From the NCBI GenBank assembly GCA_041548245.1, contig JBFESZ010000055.1, positions 1-13,382 of the forward strand: a DNA stretch of 13,382 bases, written 5' to 3'. Below the pieces are notes generated by a model. That model saw only the letters and a list, made by a program, of their open reading frames with translations. It was not told where the DNA came from and made no database searches. A program made the position numbers and the translations under genes. The stretch is from Sulfurimonadaceae bacterium. GTDB taxonomy: Bacteria; Campylobacterota; Campylobacteria; Campylobacterales; Sulfurimonadaceae. Each line of letters begins with the position of its first letter. Positions within the stretch are counted from its first letter, which is position 1. Below are positions 12,889 through 13,382 of this stretch, piece by piece.

Positions 12889-13382
12889 ATGGCAACAGAT
12901 AAAAAAAGATATAACATTAGAATTTCAGGACTAGGTGGGCAGGGTGTTGTTACAACTGCACACATCCTTGGTTCTACTATGGATAATGCAGGTAAATATG
13001 CATCTTTGGTACCATTCTTTGGTTCTGAAAAGCGTATGGCACCGGTTGAAGCTTATGTTAGAGCTTCATCTGAGCCGATTTATGAAGTGGGTGAAGTTGT
13101 TTACCCTGACATTATTATGATTTACCACTCACAAGTTGTAACACACGGTAAATCATATACAATGCCTTTTTATACAGGTCTAAAGCCAAACTCTTTGATC
13201 ATTATTAATACTGATCATGATGTTCTTACTGAAGACGATATTAAAGTTCTTGAAGACCTTAATACAACAGTTGTTCAATTTGATGCAACAGCCTTGGCAA
13301 TGAAAATTGCAGGTACTGAACTTGCTACTAACATGGCAATGATGGGTATGCTTCTTGGTCTTACTAAACTTGTAACAACAGA
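12889..13382 (+). CDS. forG: Five-subunit OFOR gamma subunit, partial (runs off window)
   Basis: ATG at 12889, 1 nt after the beta stop. Reads MATDKKRYNIRISGLGGQGVVTTAHILG...PFFGSEKRMAPVEAYVR...ATNMAMMG, with the typical gamma GxGGQG and FGSExR motifs. Absent from the ORF track because there is no stop in the window. Confidence 0.9.
   Translation, partial: MATDKKRYNIRISGLGGQGVVTTAHILGSTMDNAGKYASLVPFFGSEKRMAPVEAYVRASSEPIYEVGEVVYPDIIMIYHSQVVTHGKSYTMPFYTGLKPNSLIIINTDHDVLTEDDIKVLEDLNTTVVQFDATALAMKIAGTELATNMAMMGMLLGLTKLVTT

Noticed and set aside
1145-13120. Short antisense or out-of-frame ORFs in the track overlapping major genes (e.g. 1145..1393, 1671..1880, 6533..6859, 8276..8551, 11202..11507, 11621..11926, 12935..13120)
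   Set aside because: Shadows of well-supported CDSs. 12935..13120 is an alternative frame within the gamma subunit gene.
1-13382. CRISPR array, tRNA/rRNA, transposase or integrase
   Set aside because: No regularly spaced direct repeats, cloverleaf/rRNA-like sequence or mobile-element ORFs seen. The ACCTCCTT at 9721 is an isolated 8-mer, not a 16S fragment.

Overview
AT-rich bacterial window that looks like a carbon-fixation island of a reverse-TCA autotroph, probably a Sulfurimonas/Sulfurovum-like Campylobacterota (inferred from gene content, not proven). The minus strand (left) carries the start of a five-subunit 2-oxoacid:ferredoxin oxidoreductase operon in the order epsilon-delta-alpha-beta(partial), matching the Hydrogenobacter/Aquifex porEDABG layout. 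Divergent from it is a three-gene DAB-type inorganic carbon pump: a NuoL-like DabB, an extra 243-aa antiporter-like membrane subunit, and DabA with beta-carbonic-anhydrase-like Zn ligands. Two paralogous small CxC-x33-CxxH proteins follow, then a second five-subunit oxidoreductase operon, delta-alpha-beta-gamma(partial), matching forDABGE. The main unexplained signal is non-coding. A ~65-nt element (AAATACACA..ACAGCAGGTT..small hairpin..CCTGT..CATGT) lies upstream of both the dab and for operons. It shows compensatory base changes and matched indels, and each copy holds a micro-ORF ending Thr-Ala-Gly-stop. A degenerate copy lies upstream of por, and the exact complement of its core sits in a hairpin-rich intergenic segment at 8684-8855. 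This is a candidate RNA-based regulatory system for carbon uptake and fixation. All pairings were read by eye; no folding or database search was run.
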